From a virus (Duplodnaviria; Caudoviricetes), in the IMG/VR virus record IMGVR_UViG_3300027983_002389: a DNA stretch of 64,000 nt; one strand, given 5' to 3'. Positions 49,513-59,497 of the stretch are shown piece after piece (the first letter of the stretch is position 1; each line of letters opens with the position of its first letter). The notes below the pieces were generated by a model, which did no database searches, was not told the DNA's origin, and saw only the letters and a list, made by a program, of their open reading frames with translations. Made by a program: the position numbers and the translations under genes.

Positions 49513-50133
49513 ATGAAAAACATATTCGATCAAGTCTGGAGGAATGATCTCGTCGGCCAAGGGTATTATTTCTTGGACGTTGGGATTGTAGACTCGAAGA
49601 CTCTTCGACAACGCATGTTTGAAGTCAAAGAAAAATTGAGCGACTTCATGCCGTTTGGTTTCCGGTCAATGGCTCGATTCGATCAGCAAGAAACCACACG
49701 ATACCACCAAGATGGTGGTCCTGATCTCAATATTCTGATGCTTGGATATGAAGCATCCAAGGTCAAGAGTAGACTCTTCATTGCGGATCATGTGTGCGCC
49801 GCCAATGACATTAGAGAGATTCCACCAATTAAGGTGACGCCGCAATACATCATCACCGAAGCTCTGTTTGGCTGGGATGAATTACTGGACTTCTATACCA
49901 GCGAATTACCTCAGCCTCAAGAGGGACATTCATATATCCTTCTTGTCAATAACTCCAAAGAACTAGGAGTATTACATAAGGCTATTGTCGAGAAAAATCC
50001 AGATGAGCGAAGGATCATTAACTCCATCATGCTGCTAGTGGGCGAAGATGAAGTCAGCAATGAACAACAGCAAGACTTCCTCACTACCGACAAGATCAGC
50101 GAGCAATACCATGCTGGGAAACAGGTCCGATGA
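49513..50133 (+). CDS. hypothetical protein, possible HxD...H dioxygenase-like fold
   Basis: RFDQQETTRYHQDGGPD..LMLGYE, LLVNNS..GVLHKA. Confidence 0.6.
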   Translation: MKNIFDQVWRNDLVGQGYYFLDVGIVDSKTLRQRMFEVKEKLSDFMPFGFRSMARFDQQETTRYHQDGGPDLNILMLGYEASKVKSRLFIADHVCAANDIREIPPIKVTPQYIITEALFGWDELLDFYTSELPQPQEGHSYILLVNNSKELGVLHKAIVEKNPDERRIINSIMLLVGEDEVSNEQQQDFLTTDKISEQYHAGKQVR

Positions 50134-50236
50134 TATTTTTAATGTGTTGTTTGTGTTGTACTCTTTATGTTTTCATTGATCTTTTTTTGCCCTTTTTTCT
50201 TGCGAGGAACTTGAATCGGAAGAAGCGAGCAATACC

Positions 50237-50833
50237 ATGCTGGGAAACAGGCATAGAGGTTTTCGGGTCATTCGAGAAGACTCAGTATTGATCGCAAGCA
50301 ACTCAATATCATCCATTGATGTTGAGTCTGCTCTCCGCAGAGTGTTGAAGTGCATAAATGGCAAATGCTCCCAACGACGTGTTGAGCATCCAGATCAGCA
50401 CTCAATTCAGTCCACCATTAAAGAGAATGTGGGGCTTTGTTCCTTTTATGGGGCATTGCCAACCATCAAAGGGCAGACATCACGGCTCGCCATTGCGTGG
50501 TGGACCGATGATAATGCAATCAAGCATCTCAGAGTTTTTGGCGACCGCATTCATTGCACTGAGCAGCATGTTGAAGTGCCTCGTTTGTATTCTCTTGGAG
50601 GCGATTCCTACCATGTCATCTACCCTACTAATTATCCTAATCATTGTTTGCATTGTCAGCGTCAAATCAAAAAGGGAGAGGGAACGTGGCATAAAAATGA
50701 GAAGGAAATTGACATGATGGAGATCGAACCAATAATTGCTTATTTCTTGTGCCTTACTTGCCAATACGAAAAAGACACAGGATTCAAGCCCGGATTTAAC
50801 AGACTGTTAAATAAAACTATCTCCAAATCTTAA
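50237..50833 (+). CDS. hypothetical Cys/His-rich protein
   Basis: 198 aa. Confidence 0.6.
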   Translation: MLGNRHRGFRVIREDSVLIASNSISSIDVESALRRVLKCINGKCSQRRVEHPDQHSIQSTIKENVGLCSFYGALPTIKGQTSRLAIAWWTDDNAIKHLRVFGDRIHCTEQHVEVPRLYSLGGDSYHVIYPTNYPNHCLHCQRQIKKGEGTWHKNEKEIDMMEIEPIIAYFLCLTCQYEKDTGFKPGFNRLLNKTISKS

Positions 50834-51469
50834 ACCACAGTTGGTTGGACTTTGAAACTCGTTGTATCCTGAATTGTTCAGCCCTACATGCTCGATTAAG
50901 CTGGGTGCGGCATAATAGCAATCTAATCCCTGATGCAAGAAGAACTCTCCTAATACGGCATCAATGGCAAACCATTCAGTGTCGAGTTTGGGTGCGGTTG
51001 AAAATAATTCGACCGACTTGCGCTGCATGAGTATGCACTGACACCCCCAAGTGTTCCAGCCTCGATTGATCCTTGCCCAGCCGTGATGTCTTCTAAGCCA
51101 CGGCCATGTTTCGACATAGGCGTTGGGAGTATAAGCAGATATAAATCCTATCTGCTTTCTAATAGACGTGCATAATCCCACAATATGTTTCTTGGCATCT
51201 GGCGAACATAAGATGTCATCTTCTACAAACATATACCACGGCTCCTTGCTTGTTTTCAGCACCCGTTCCATGTTGATCTTCCATTGTTGGCAATTGCCAA
51301 TTTGTGTCTTATTGTGAAATATTTCAACATTGTCATGTCTCCCTATGATCGCTCCGGGATCAGCGGATATATTGATTTTTTGATCAAAACCACTCGTCCT
51401 TAATGACGAAATGGTATTGTCAATAGTCGGCACAGGCCGAGTTCCGGTGATTACAGTGATCGCTATCAT
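50807..51469 (-). CDS. GT-A fold glycosyltransferase-like protein
   Basis: FVEDD, WGCQC, PSLIEHVG. Confidence 0.7.
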   Translation of the reverse strand: MIAITVITGTRPVPTIDNTISSLRTSGFDQKINISADPGAIIGRHDNVEIFHNKTQIGNCQQWKINMERVLKTSKEPWYMFVEDDILCSPDAKKHIVGLCTSIRKQIGFISAYTPNAYVETWPWLRRHHGWARINRGWNTWGCQCILMQRKSVELFSTAPKLDTEWFAIDAVLGEFFLHQGLDCYYAAPSLIEHVGLNNSGYNEFQSPTNCGLRFGDSFI

Positions 51470-51524
51470 TTGAGTTCCTCCTGGATATATAAGAGTAGGC
51501 TATTGCCTGAAGACAAGGAGGTTT

Positions 51525-52004
51525 ATGCGTCACTGGATTTTAGCTTTGTTTGTATTTTATATTGCAGGTTGCCTGCCTACGGGACAATCGCAATATGACC
51601 CGGTTGATTGGAATTCTCAGGCACAGCCGAACCCGGAAACACATGAAGTACCGGCTACACTACAAGCCCTATTGAAACTGCACAATGAGCAACGTGAACT
51701 TAAAGGGCGTCCCGGTTTTCAACTTGATCCATATCTTTGCCAATATGCTCAAAATCACTCAGATTGGATGGCGAAGAAGAATAACCTAAAGCACTCAGAC
51801 ATTGGTGCGTTAATGGGCAAGTATTCAACAGCAGGCGAGAATATCGCCTGGAATCAAAAAACAGAATCCGAAGTGGTAGATGCGTGGATGCACTCGTCGG
51901 GCCACAGAGCGAATATTATGAACCGAGCATACACCAAAGTTGGCTTTGGTGTATCGTACAACAGTAAAGGTGAGCCATATTGGTGTACATGCTTTGGTGG
52001 CTAA
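51525..52004 (+). CDS. CAP/SCP domain lipoprotein
   Basis: lipobox IAGC, HN..R, AGENIA, WMHSSGHRANI, VGFG. Confidence 0.9.
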   Translation: MRHWILALFVFYIAGCLPTGQSQYDPVDWNSQAQPNPETHEVPATLQALLKLHNEQRELKGRPGFQLDPYLCQYAQNHSDWMAKKNNLKHSDIGALMGKYSTAGENIAWNQKTESEVVDAWMHSSGHRANIMNRAYTKVGFGVSYNSKGEPYWCTCFGG

Positions 52005-52036
52005 TGCGGGGACAGTGATGAAAATCGCTGGCTTTT

Positions 52037-52639
52037 TTATTTGGTTATTCTGAATGCAACTTGATATTTGCCATGACAGAGAGTTTGAGCTAAACGATTC
52101 TGTTCATTTAGGAATTCATTAAATGCTTTGAATTCATGCTGTTCATAGTCCATGACGTTAATCATTTCATCAAACAAAATTATCGTGCCAGGAATAATTC
52201 GGTCCTTCAATGCAGTCAAAACATATTTGGCAGAAGAATACACATCACAATCAATGTGTATAAAAGAAGCAAAGCCGGGATGATTCAGCAAGAAATCGGG
52301 AAGAACTTCATTAAACCAACCAGGGACAATAACGATTCCCTTGTCCTGAAAATCAGGCGAATATCCACCAATATTGAAGCTGCCCTCTCCAAGTGTTCCC
52401 CACGCTTCTGGCAATCCCTTAAAAGAATCGAACCCATAAATTGGACTAGAAATAATGCCGCATTTTCTCATGGCACCAATCAGTCGTCGAATGCTATTTC
52501 CCTGCCAAACTCCAAATTCCATAAATAAGCCGCCACGAACAACTGCGGGCAACAACCTTTGAGCCATTTCATCTACAAGCCCAACATGATCGCCAGCTAT
52601 TCTTGGACTGGCTTCAATATTTTCTAATGTTATATTCAT
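52037..52639 (-). CDS. TylF/MycF-type class I O-methyltransferase
   Basis: EFGVWQG.S, GFDSFKGLPE, GWF, FIHIDCD.Y, FDE. Confidence 0.85.
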   Translation of the reverse strand: MNITLENIEASPRIAGDHVGLVDEMAQRLLPAVVRGGLFMEFGVWQGNSIRRLIGAMRKCGIISSPIYGFDSFKGLPEAWGTLGEGSFNIGGYSPDFQDKGIVIVPGWFNEVLPDFLLNHPGFASFIHIDCDVYSSAKYVLTALKDRIIPGTIILFDEMINVMDYEQHEFKAFNEFLNEQNRLAQTLCHGKYQVAFRITK

Positions 52640-52653
52640 GGTGTATATACCTT

Positions 52654-53094
52654 ATGCAATTATTGAACTTCAAACAGTGGATATGCGAATCTGCCGACTT
52701 TCCAGAGTCAACCGATCTCGCATCGTTTATTGAACACGCAATTACCGTTTGCATCAGAACTCATCAGGAAATGTTCGCACAGGCACACAGCCAAAAGCAA
52801 AAAGACCTTATGAATGAAATAATTGCCCTCTCTGAGTTGCTTCAACATATTCAAAAGAGTATGGAGGAGCAAATCCCTTTTGAGCCTATCAATACAGATA
52901 AATTTCAAGGGCGACCGGCAATATCGTTAACAAAAAACCAGTTGCAGCACAAATACCCCAAGTTGCCATCTGTTCTTCAGGTTCTTCGTACCATTGGTGG
53001 CAATCCAGCTATCGACAAACCTACATCTCAAGCTCTTTCCGATAGAATCGAATCTCTTTTTCGGGCGTGGAAATCTGCTTTACAGCAAACCTGA
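52654..53094 (+). CDS. putative head-packaged protein (MQLLNFKQWICE)
   Basis: TATATA 4 nt upstream; CTS-like N-terminus. Confidence 0.65.
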   Translation: MQLLNFKQWICESADFPESTDLASFIEHAITVCIRTHQEMFAQAHSQKQKDLMNEIIALSELLQHIQKSMEEQIPFEPINTDKFQGRPAISLTKNQLQHKYPKLPSVLQVLRTIGGNPAIDKPTSQALSDRIESLFRAWKSALQQT

Positions 53095-53107
53095 AATACG
53101 GTAGAAT
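53079..53107 (+). promoter_or_regulatory. sigma70-type promoter (class A)
   Basis: TTTACA-N17-TAGAAT. Confidence 0.8.
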
Positions 53108-53128
53108 CTAGTTCAAGGAACCGATCAC

Positions 53129-53506
53129 ATGGGGTGGAAATGGTGGACCAAAACATATTTTTCGGTGTTTTTTAGCCGAAGGAAGTGGCCCGAGAACATG
53201 TGGTTTTCTCCGTTTTTTGCATTCCTTGAAGTATTGATGGTCATTGGTTGTTTCGACAGCAAAAGTCGATTCCATCAAAGTCCAATTTTATATGTCGCAA
53301 TGTTTTCCCTTGCTGTTGCATTTACGACATTGGGAATGATCCAAGCGTCTTACACCCACAGAATGCAAAACCGTTTTCATGCGGATCTGAGACGCCGTGG
53401 TGCGGCCTACATTGAGGCCGAACGTAAAGAGCGAATAAATCAGTTGCCTAAACAGGAAGAACCAACGGTCAGTCCTTGGTTTTTAGGTTGCTGGGAAAAC
53501 ATTTGA
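53129..53506 (+). CDS. membrane protein with C-terminal WFLGCW motif
   Basis: two hydrophobic segments. Confidence 0.7.
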   Translation: MGWKWWTKTYFSVFFSRRKWPENMWFSPFFAFLEVLMVIGCFDSKSRFHQSPILYVAMFSLAVAFTTLGMIQASYTHRMQNRFHADLRRRGAAYIEAERKERINQLPKQEEPTVSPWFLGCWENI

Positions 53507-53519
53507 ACAAGGGTGAATA

Positions 53520-54134
53520 ATGCCAGCGGAATCCAGTAATACCAAAGGATATGGACTCGTTTTGGTCCCACAACCGCCACTCGTTAGAACCATTTTCTTT
53601 GCCGAAGGTGGCAAGCGACAATTAGCGTTTCCGTATACGATGTTCGGGCTGTTTTATTTCAGAACTCCCGATTACAAATATCACCTGAAGCGTTTGCATG
53701 TCATTTTCGGACAGAAACCCTTCACTGGCACCGACCTGACTGAAGAGTTCTTCGGGTTGCCGCTTCGTAATCACGACGGCGCATTTGCCACCTGCTTTTA
53801 CCAATGGGACACAGAGCAGACTGCCGAGAAGTTTGCCGAAAAGATCATCGGTCAATACTGGATGAGTCCCTACGCCGAATACAACGATTGGGCGTCATGG
53901 TGGACTACTCGGTACGCTGCTCTCAACCCGGATTTCCTCAAGCGGTGGCAGGAAGCTACCGACAAGAAGGATTACGCCTTCATCATGAACGAGCCGCTGC
54001 TAAAAGCAGACCATCACGTCAACCTTGGTAAATTGCTCGAAGCCAACAAGAGCCACTATGCAGAAGGTGGCATTGAAGTTGTTACGCTCTTTCCCAAACT
54101 GGATTTAATCAAGAAAATTGAAGAGGCTGCATAA
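53520..54134 (+). CDS. hypothetical protein (possible prokaryotic E2-like family D)
   Basis: RQLAFPY..F, LPLRN.....C, YWMS, WQ. Confidence 0.55.
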   Translation: MPAESSNTKGYGLVLVPQPPLVRTIFFAEGGKRQLAFPYTMFGLFYFRTPDYKYHLKRLHVIFGQKPFTGTDLTEEFFGLPLRNHDGAFATCFYQWDTEQTAEKFAEKIIGQYWMSPYAEYNDWASWWTTRYAALNPDFLKRWQEATDKKDYAFIMNEPLLKADHHVNLGKLLEANKSHYAEGGIEVVTLFPKLDLIKKIEEAA

Positions 54135-54966
54135 AAAACTTTTTTTCTATGGAGAACGTGTAATGGAACTTAAAACCATCGCAGTCATTTCCAGACATCT
54201 TGAAACGTATTGAATCCATAGACGGATTCGGTGTTGTTCAGATACAGTATCAAACACTTGTCGTTTTCACGACAAGATATGCAATTTCCAAATCCCGAAA
54301 TGCAAAGAACATTTCTGGAGGCGTTCTTTGGTGGCAACAAGGATATTCTTGATCTGCCAACCACATTGTCATATGTTGTTCAATTTGCCAAATTTGTGAT
54401 TTTCGATGTCCAAAATAACTGAATTCAAATTTACTGGAAGAACACCAACATCTGGAAGAACACCATCATCAAAGATGGAGAAAGGGAGGGAAAATATGCA
54501 CGATCTGAGTCATGAATACGATGACGAATGCGAATGCTGTCAGCCAGGGTTGATAGACTTGAAGACTGGCAAGCAGATGGAGAAAGACCATCCGGTTATG
54601 ATCGCCGTGCTTAAAGCATGGAAAGAAAGAACAACTTTCGCAGAACGTCGAGCCACCAGCCGAGTGTGGATGGGACAATCAACTAATCCAACTGAAATCA
54701 GAATCATGGAGAAGGTTGGCGGCATGATTCAAGAGGTCATCAAAGAGATCGAAGAATGAAACCTCAAAAATTCACTCGAACCATTGATGACGACAACGCC
54801 CCTGAACGACTTCGGGGATTGGTTATGCTTGCGGTATTGACTGAAACACGATTGGAGTTTCAAGTTGATTTACCCAATGAACTCACCAATCAAGAAATTG
54901 CCTATCTCAGGTGGTTCACTGGTGAAATAGTGGACGAGATGAAGACTAAGTTGCCGCCTGATACAT

Positions 54967-55350
54967 TTGGAGAAGCCAGATATGGAAACAAAATTCATAG
55001 AAGTGACGAACAACAACCAGAATTGGGGTAAGTTTTTGTTATTTCGTTTTGACAACGAATGGCAATATGAATCTGCACTCAGTGGTCGTTCATTACTCAA
55101 TGAAGTTGGTTGGACCGAAGACAACATCTTCTTATTGGACCTACAAACTGGTGAGGGCGCTCGATTTAGACCGGGTGGACTCGCCAGTACCGATTTGGAT
55201 AAACACAAAATATGGTGCTGTCCAATGTACGAGCCGTTCCTAAACTGGCTCTACAAACAAGACCTAACAGATTTCAGCAAATTGCCTGATTCACTTAATT
55301 TGCCTGACGCCGAGTTTCAATACAGAGGATACAGAAGGGAAGGTAAATGA
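54967..55350 (+). CDS. conserved phage hypothetical protein
   Basis: NWGKF, DLQTGEGA.F.PGG.A..DL.KH.IW.CP.YEPFL.WLY. Confidence 0.8.
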   Translation: MEKPDMETKFIEVTNNNQNWGKFLLFRFDNEWQYESALSGRSLLNEVGWTEDNIFLLDLQTGEGARFRPGGLASTDLDKHKIWCCPMYEPFLNWLYKQDLTDFSKLPDSLNLPDAEFQYRGYRREGK

Positions 55351-55741
55351 ATCAGCCTAATCTACACCATGAAGGCCCGCTCACTGTTGAACTCGTCAGT
55401 GGACTCATGAATAAAGCCAAATTAGCAATGGACGAAATCATTGCTTTTGAACCTCCTGACGAAGATATTGAATGGGTTATTTGCAAAGGCAATTGGGCCA
55501 AGCAACTGCAATATGCAGGCATTCGTTGTGCTGCCATCCTCACAAAGCTGGAGATGAATATCGAACATCGTCTTAAAGAGGACCATAAGTGCATTGATAT
55601 TACTTTGTGTATTCTTCGAGACTACGAGGCAGCTAAGGCAAAGAACTGGACGTTGGCTGAATAACTGGACTACGCTGACGAAATGGAAGATCATGATCCT
55701 TCCTATGAGGATGGTCGGCATTTTGAGGAAATCAAGTAGAT

Positions 55742-55770
55742 TTTACAGTTCTTGCAATGCGTGGTATAAT
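55742..55770 (+). promoter_or_regulatory. sigma70-type promoter (class A)
   Basis: TTTACA-N17-TATAAT. Confidence 0.85.
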
Positions 55771-55778
55771 CAGAAATC

Positions 55779-56165
55779 ATGAGTAAAATTCGACTCGATA
55801 TTGGACGCCCAACACCTATGCCCGGTCGCTATCGCCCTGATTATTGGGTGGTGCGACAAGAGGGCAATCTCATTGTTCGCTACAATAACGAGCTTAATCG
55901 TTTTGGATGGCCTCGGCTGAAGACCATAGCCGAGAAAGCCCTCAAGGAATGCGACCTATGGGACTCACATGGTACGCATCGAGCCGAAATTGGCAATTTG
56001 GACGGTGTTCTCTATATCGCCTTCCCCATCAAAGACCCTGCTGGTAATGTCAATGTCTGTATTGAAACACAGGTTGGATTTGAAACAGGATTGGGGGTCA
56101 AACTGTCTGACCTTGCGGAATACGACTTAATCAGTGACGGACAACACAAACATGGCATCAACTAA
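55779..56165 (+). CDS. hypothetical protein
   Basis: 128 aa after promoter. Confidence 0.7.
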   Translation: MSKIRLDIGRPTPMPGRYRPDYWVVRQEGNLIVRYNNELNRFGWPRLKTIAEKALKECDLWDSHGTHRAEIGNLDGVLYIAFPIKDPAGNVNVCIETQVGFETGLGVKLSDLAEYDLISDGQHKHGIN

Positions 56166-56420
56166 AGTCGATAACTTTTGCCCGATATGCAAAAAAGAAA
56201 TACAGCCAGGATTGACGATCTATATCACCAAGGTCAACTTGACCGATAATGGTCGCACTGGTTCTGGTGATGGCGGCATACCTTTTGGAGGCATATATAA
56301 GCCAACGCCAGAAGGAAAACTCCGCATCAAATATCTTGGCAATTCCACACCACGAGTATGCGTTCATCAGGAATGCTATGAATCAAAAATAGAATCCATC
56401 CTCTTTGGAAAAAAGAAGAA

Positions 56421-56852
56421 ATGAGACACACAGAACTATTATCGCCTGAAGCCCAAGAAGAATTCGGCAATGCACTGGAAAGTGTGTTCAACGGAATTCT
56501 CAAAAGATCACACGAAGAACGAGAACAGACTGAGCCTTGGAAGAATCTTTTCACAGCTTCCGAACAAGGGCTGCGTGGCATCCTCAGCGAAGCCAATAGT
56601 CAGATGGTGCGTGTGACTATTGACACTACTGATATTATCCAAAAGAAGTTCGGCATTCGGTGTTCTAACAAGTTGCATGGGTTGATTAAAGCCCTGCCAT
56701 TTGTCATGAACAAATTGGGCGATGCCATTCACGACGAACAAGGCTTGTCATGTTGTAGCGATAAAGCACGACAAGTTTACTACGATGAGGTCTTGGCTGA
56801 GATCAAACATCTGTTGAAAGAACAGAGAAAAAACAAGGAAATTCAACCATGA
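56421..56852 (+). CDS. hypothetical protein
   Basis: 143 aa. Confidence 0.7.
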   Translation: MRHTELLSPEAQEEFGNALESVFNGILKRSHEEREQTEPWKNLFTASEQGLRGILSEANSQMVRVTIDTTDIIQKKFGIRCSNKLHGLIKALPFVMNKLGDAIHDEQGLSCCSDKARQVYYDEVLAEIKHLLKEQRKNKEIQP

Positions 56853-57397
56853 AGTACATCGAAGGCGATCTCTTTGACCATGTCCCTACTGAAGACGATG
56901 AAGTAGTCATCATAGCCCATGTTTGCAATGACATTGGCGCATGGGGTGCTGGTTTCGTCGTGCCTTTGGGTCGCAAATATCCTTCGGCCAGACAGTCATT
57001 CATTGATATGACTGAGAGGAACCTTGGCGAAGTGATGTTCGTTCCTCAAGCTGACAAGATCGTTGTCGCCAATATGATCGGGCAGGAAGGCACCGGCCCT
57101 AAATTCGAGGGCGACAAAATGATTCCTCCTATTCGATATGAGGCATTGAAGAAGTGCCTACATCACGTTCACGCTATGGCAAAAGGGTTTCAGCAGCAAG
57201 GTAAGAAGGTCCGCATCGCTTGTCCCATGTTCGGTGCTGGTCTTGCTGGTGGTGATTGGGACACGATTTCCCAAATGATATTTTTGATCTGGTCTGAACA
57301 AGGGATTGAGACTAACATCTATTATCTCCCTCAATTCCTTCCACCGGGGTTCACACCCCCAGGAGCAGATGATGGCAAGCAAGAAGTCGCCACTTGA
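56849..57397 (+). CDS. macrodomain (ADP-ribose processing) protein
   Basis: YIEGDLF, IAHVCN..G.WGAGF, N.IGQ, P.FGAGLAGGDW. Confidence 0.9.
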   Translation: MKYIEGDLFDHVPTEDDEVVIIAHVCNDIGAWGAGFVVPLGRKYPSARQSFIDMTERNLGEVMFVPQADKIVVANMIGQEGTGPKFEGDKMIPPIRYEALKKCLHHVHAMAKGFQQQGKKVRIACPMFGAGLAGGDWDTISQMIFLIWSEQGIETNIYYLPQFLPPGFTPPGADDGKQEVAT

Positions 57398-57724
57398 GTT
57401 GTCGCCCGAAGAAATGTCTACATATGTCGGCACGGTAAAAGATGCTGTTCAATTATTTTTGAATGAATCAGGCGTCGGGAGTAAATTCTCCGACCTTGTG
57501 GCATTCATGAACACACGATTTCGCACTGCTGATGAGCAAATGTTCAAAGAATGGACCGAGAAGGAATTCCCAGGTCAGTTCACTTACACTCACACTCACA
57601 CAGCAACTTACGATGGTGGCGAAGATGTGGTGGATTAAACCTTCTGACCTTGGAGAGAAGACCAAAACTGGATATTCAAGAACAAAGTTTGCCACGTCTG
57701 TAGTTTCCATAATGGAGTCCACGG

Positions 57725-58123
57725 ATGAATGATATGAATGATATTGAAGATGTACTAAGGAATGCCAAAGTGGTATTTGGTCTTGAGAAGCAAGGCCATA
57801 TCCCAACCATTAGCAGGCTACTCGCCGAAGGAAAAAAGTGGGATGAGATTGGAGAGGTAATTGGCTGGTGTTCAATTACAGCACGAGAACACTATGAGCA
57901 ATACCTTCACCGATCAGATGCCATTCAAACAATCTGGTTTGAAAATGAAGTCTGTCCTCTACTCGCAAGAGCAGTTGAAATGTTGAGGAAATTCGGCAAT
58001 AAGCCAGAGACTCCAGTTTGGGATCGCAATGATATTTCCAGCTTCATTTATCATGCCGAGAAACACCTGTTGTCATCACCAAAAAACATTCATCCTATTT
58101 TGAAGTCTCCAGAAGATGTCTAA
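57725..58123 (+). CDS. hypothetical protein
   Basis: 132 aa. Confidence 0.7.
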   Translation: MNDMNDIEDVLRNAKVVFGLEKQGHIPTISRLLAEGKKWDEIGEVIGWCSITAREHYEQYLHRSDAIQTIWFENEVCPLLARAVEMLRKFGNKPETPVWDRNDISSFIYHAEKHLLSSPKNIHPILKSPEDV

Positions 58124-58736
58124 TACAAAAGAGCAAAGATTGGCATTCGCCGTCAGTTGTCTTAAATTGGCTCGAAAAGAGATCAAGGATCATGGACGTG
58201 AGTTCATGAAGCCAGACGAAGATGTTTTTGACTCTGCCCTCCAATACGGTGGCTCCATCAGTCCAAAATTGACGAAGGCCGAAGTCATTGACGCTGACCA
58301 ACTGAACCATCAACGTCGGGATTGAATCCTCTCATGGACCACTCTACGACGGGATTGAAAAAGATTACTTTAATCCACTGGAGTTGCTATGAGTAATTTA
58401 ATGTACAAAGGGATTGAATGCGTCTTCAGCGAGAAAGCCGAGGCAATACTTTCATCTGATGATCTCAAGATTTTTTTGCTAGATTCATTTTTTACCTACG
58501 AACCCATTGATTCAATAAGATGGGTTAACGTCAAAGAAGCAACAGATGACGAGCAATTGCCAATGTATCGCATTAGCAATAATGCCAATCAATCATTGTT
58601 ATTGTGGCCCACACTAAATGGCAGTGATCTCTTGCTCGCCGTTGACTCTGTTGAGGACAGACCAGATTTGGGGTGGATTAAAAACAAAAATTGACTATAA
58701 TTGCAGTGGTGTTTTAACCCCTTTTAGGAGAAGAAA

Positions 58737-59492
58737 ATGCAAGAAGAAGTAAAGCCTAATACCACCAAAGAAATGAAATCAAATCTCGGTGGCTCTCCCA
58801 ACGTCGTATTTAGTTTCGACACCACTGGAAGTATGAACCCCTGTATTCAACAGGTGCGACAAAAACTGCGTGATCTCATCGAAATGATGACTGCCGATAT
58901 TCCCGGCCTCAAGATTGGTCTAATCGCCCACGGCGATTATTGTGATGGCGACAATGCCATTGCATTCCTCGATCTAACTGATGATCTCGAAAAGATCATG
59001 ACCTTCATTAACACTACACCCAATACTAGCGGTGGCGATCCTCCTGAATGCTACGAATACGCTCTCCAGACGGCAAGGAAAATGTCTTGGCCCAAGGAAG
59101 GTGGCAGCGTAGTGCTTATTGGTGACGATGAACCGCACGAAGTAAATCCCAATAATATCAATTGGCGGGATGAACTGCGTCAGATGCTTGAACTCAATGT
59201 CAAAGTATTTCCGATGCAGTGTCTATTCAGTAACCTTCGTGTCAATGCCAATGAGTTTTGGGAAGAAGTTTCTCAAATCAGCGGAACGCCACTGTTAATG
59301 CTTGAATCCTTTGGCGATAGCGCCAATACGCTTGAAGCTGTATCATATGCTGCATCTGGTGGCGCTGCATATGATACCTACAAAGGCAAATTCGCATCAG
59401 AAGTTTCAAGTGGCATGAGAAGTTGCGCAACTAGCAATCTTGTGGACAATCAGTCCAAGCTGGAAACGTATGCCAATAGTCCGAAAGGGTAA
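58737..59492 (+). CDS. vWA domain protein
   Basis: FSFDTTGSM MIDAS, HGDYCD, GGD.PECY, LIGDDEPH. Confidence 0.9.
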   Translation: MQEEVKPNTTKEMKSNLGGSPNVVFSFDTTGSMNPCIQQVRQKLRDLIEMMTADIPGLKIGLIAHGDYCDGDNAIAFLDLTDDLEKIMTFINTTPNTSGGDPPECYEYALQTARKMSWPKEGGSVVLIGDDEPHEVNPNNINWRDELRQMLELNVKVFPMQCLFSNLRVNANEFWEEVSQISGTPLLMLESFGDSANTLEAVSYAASGGAAYDTYKGKFASEVSSGMRSCATSNLVDNQSKLETYANSPKG

Positions 59493-59497
59493 AGGTC

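Noticed and set aside
54149-54422. Another in-frame TAA gene (ATG GAG AAC GTG TAA...)
   Set aside because: An alternative GGAG+ATG at 54163 and the need for a frameshift make the reading ambiguous; it is probably a decayed remnant.
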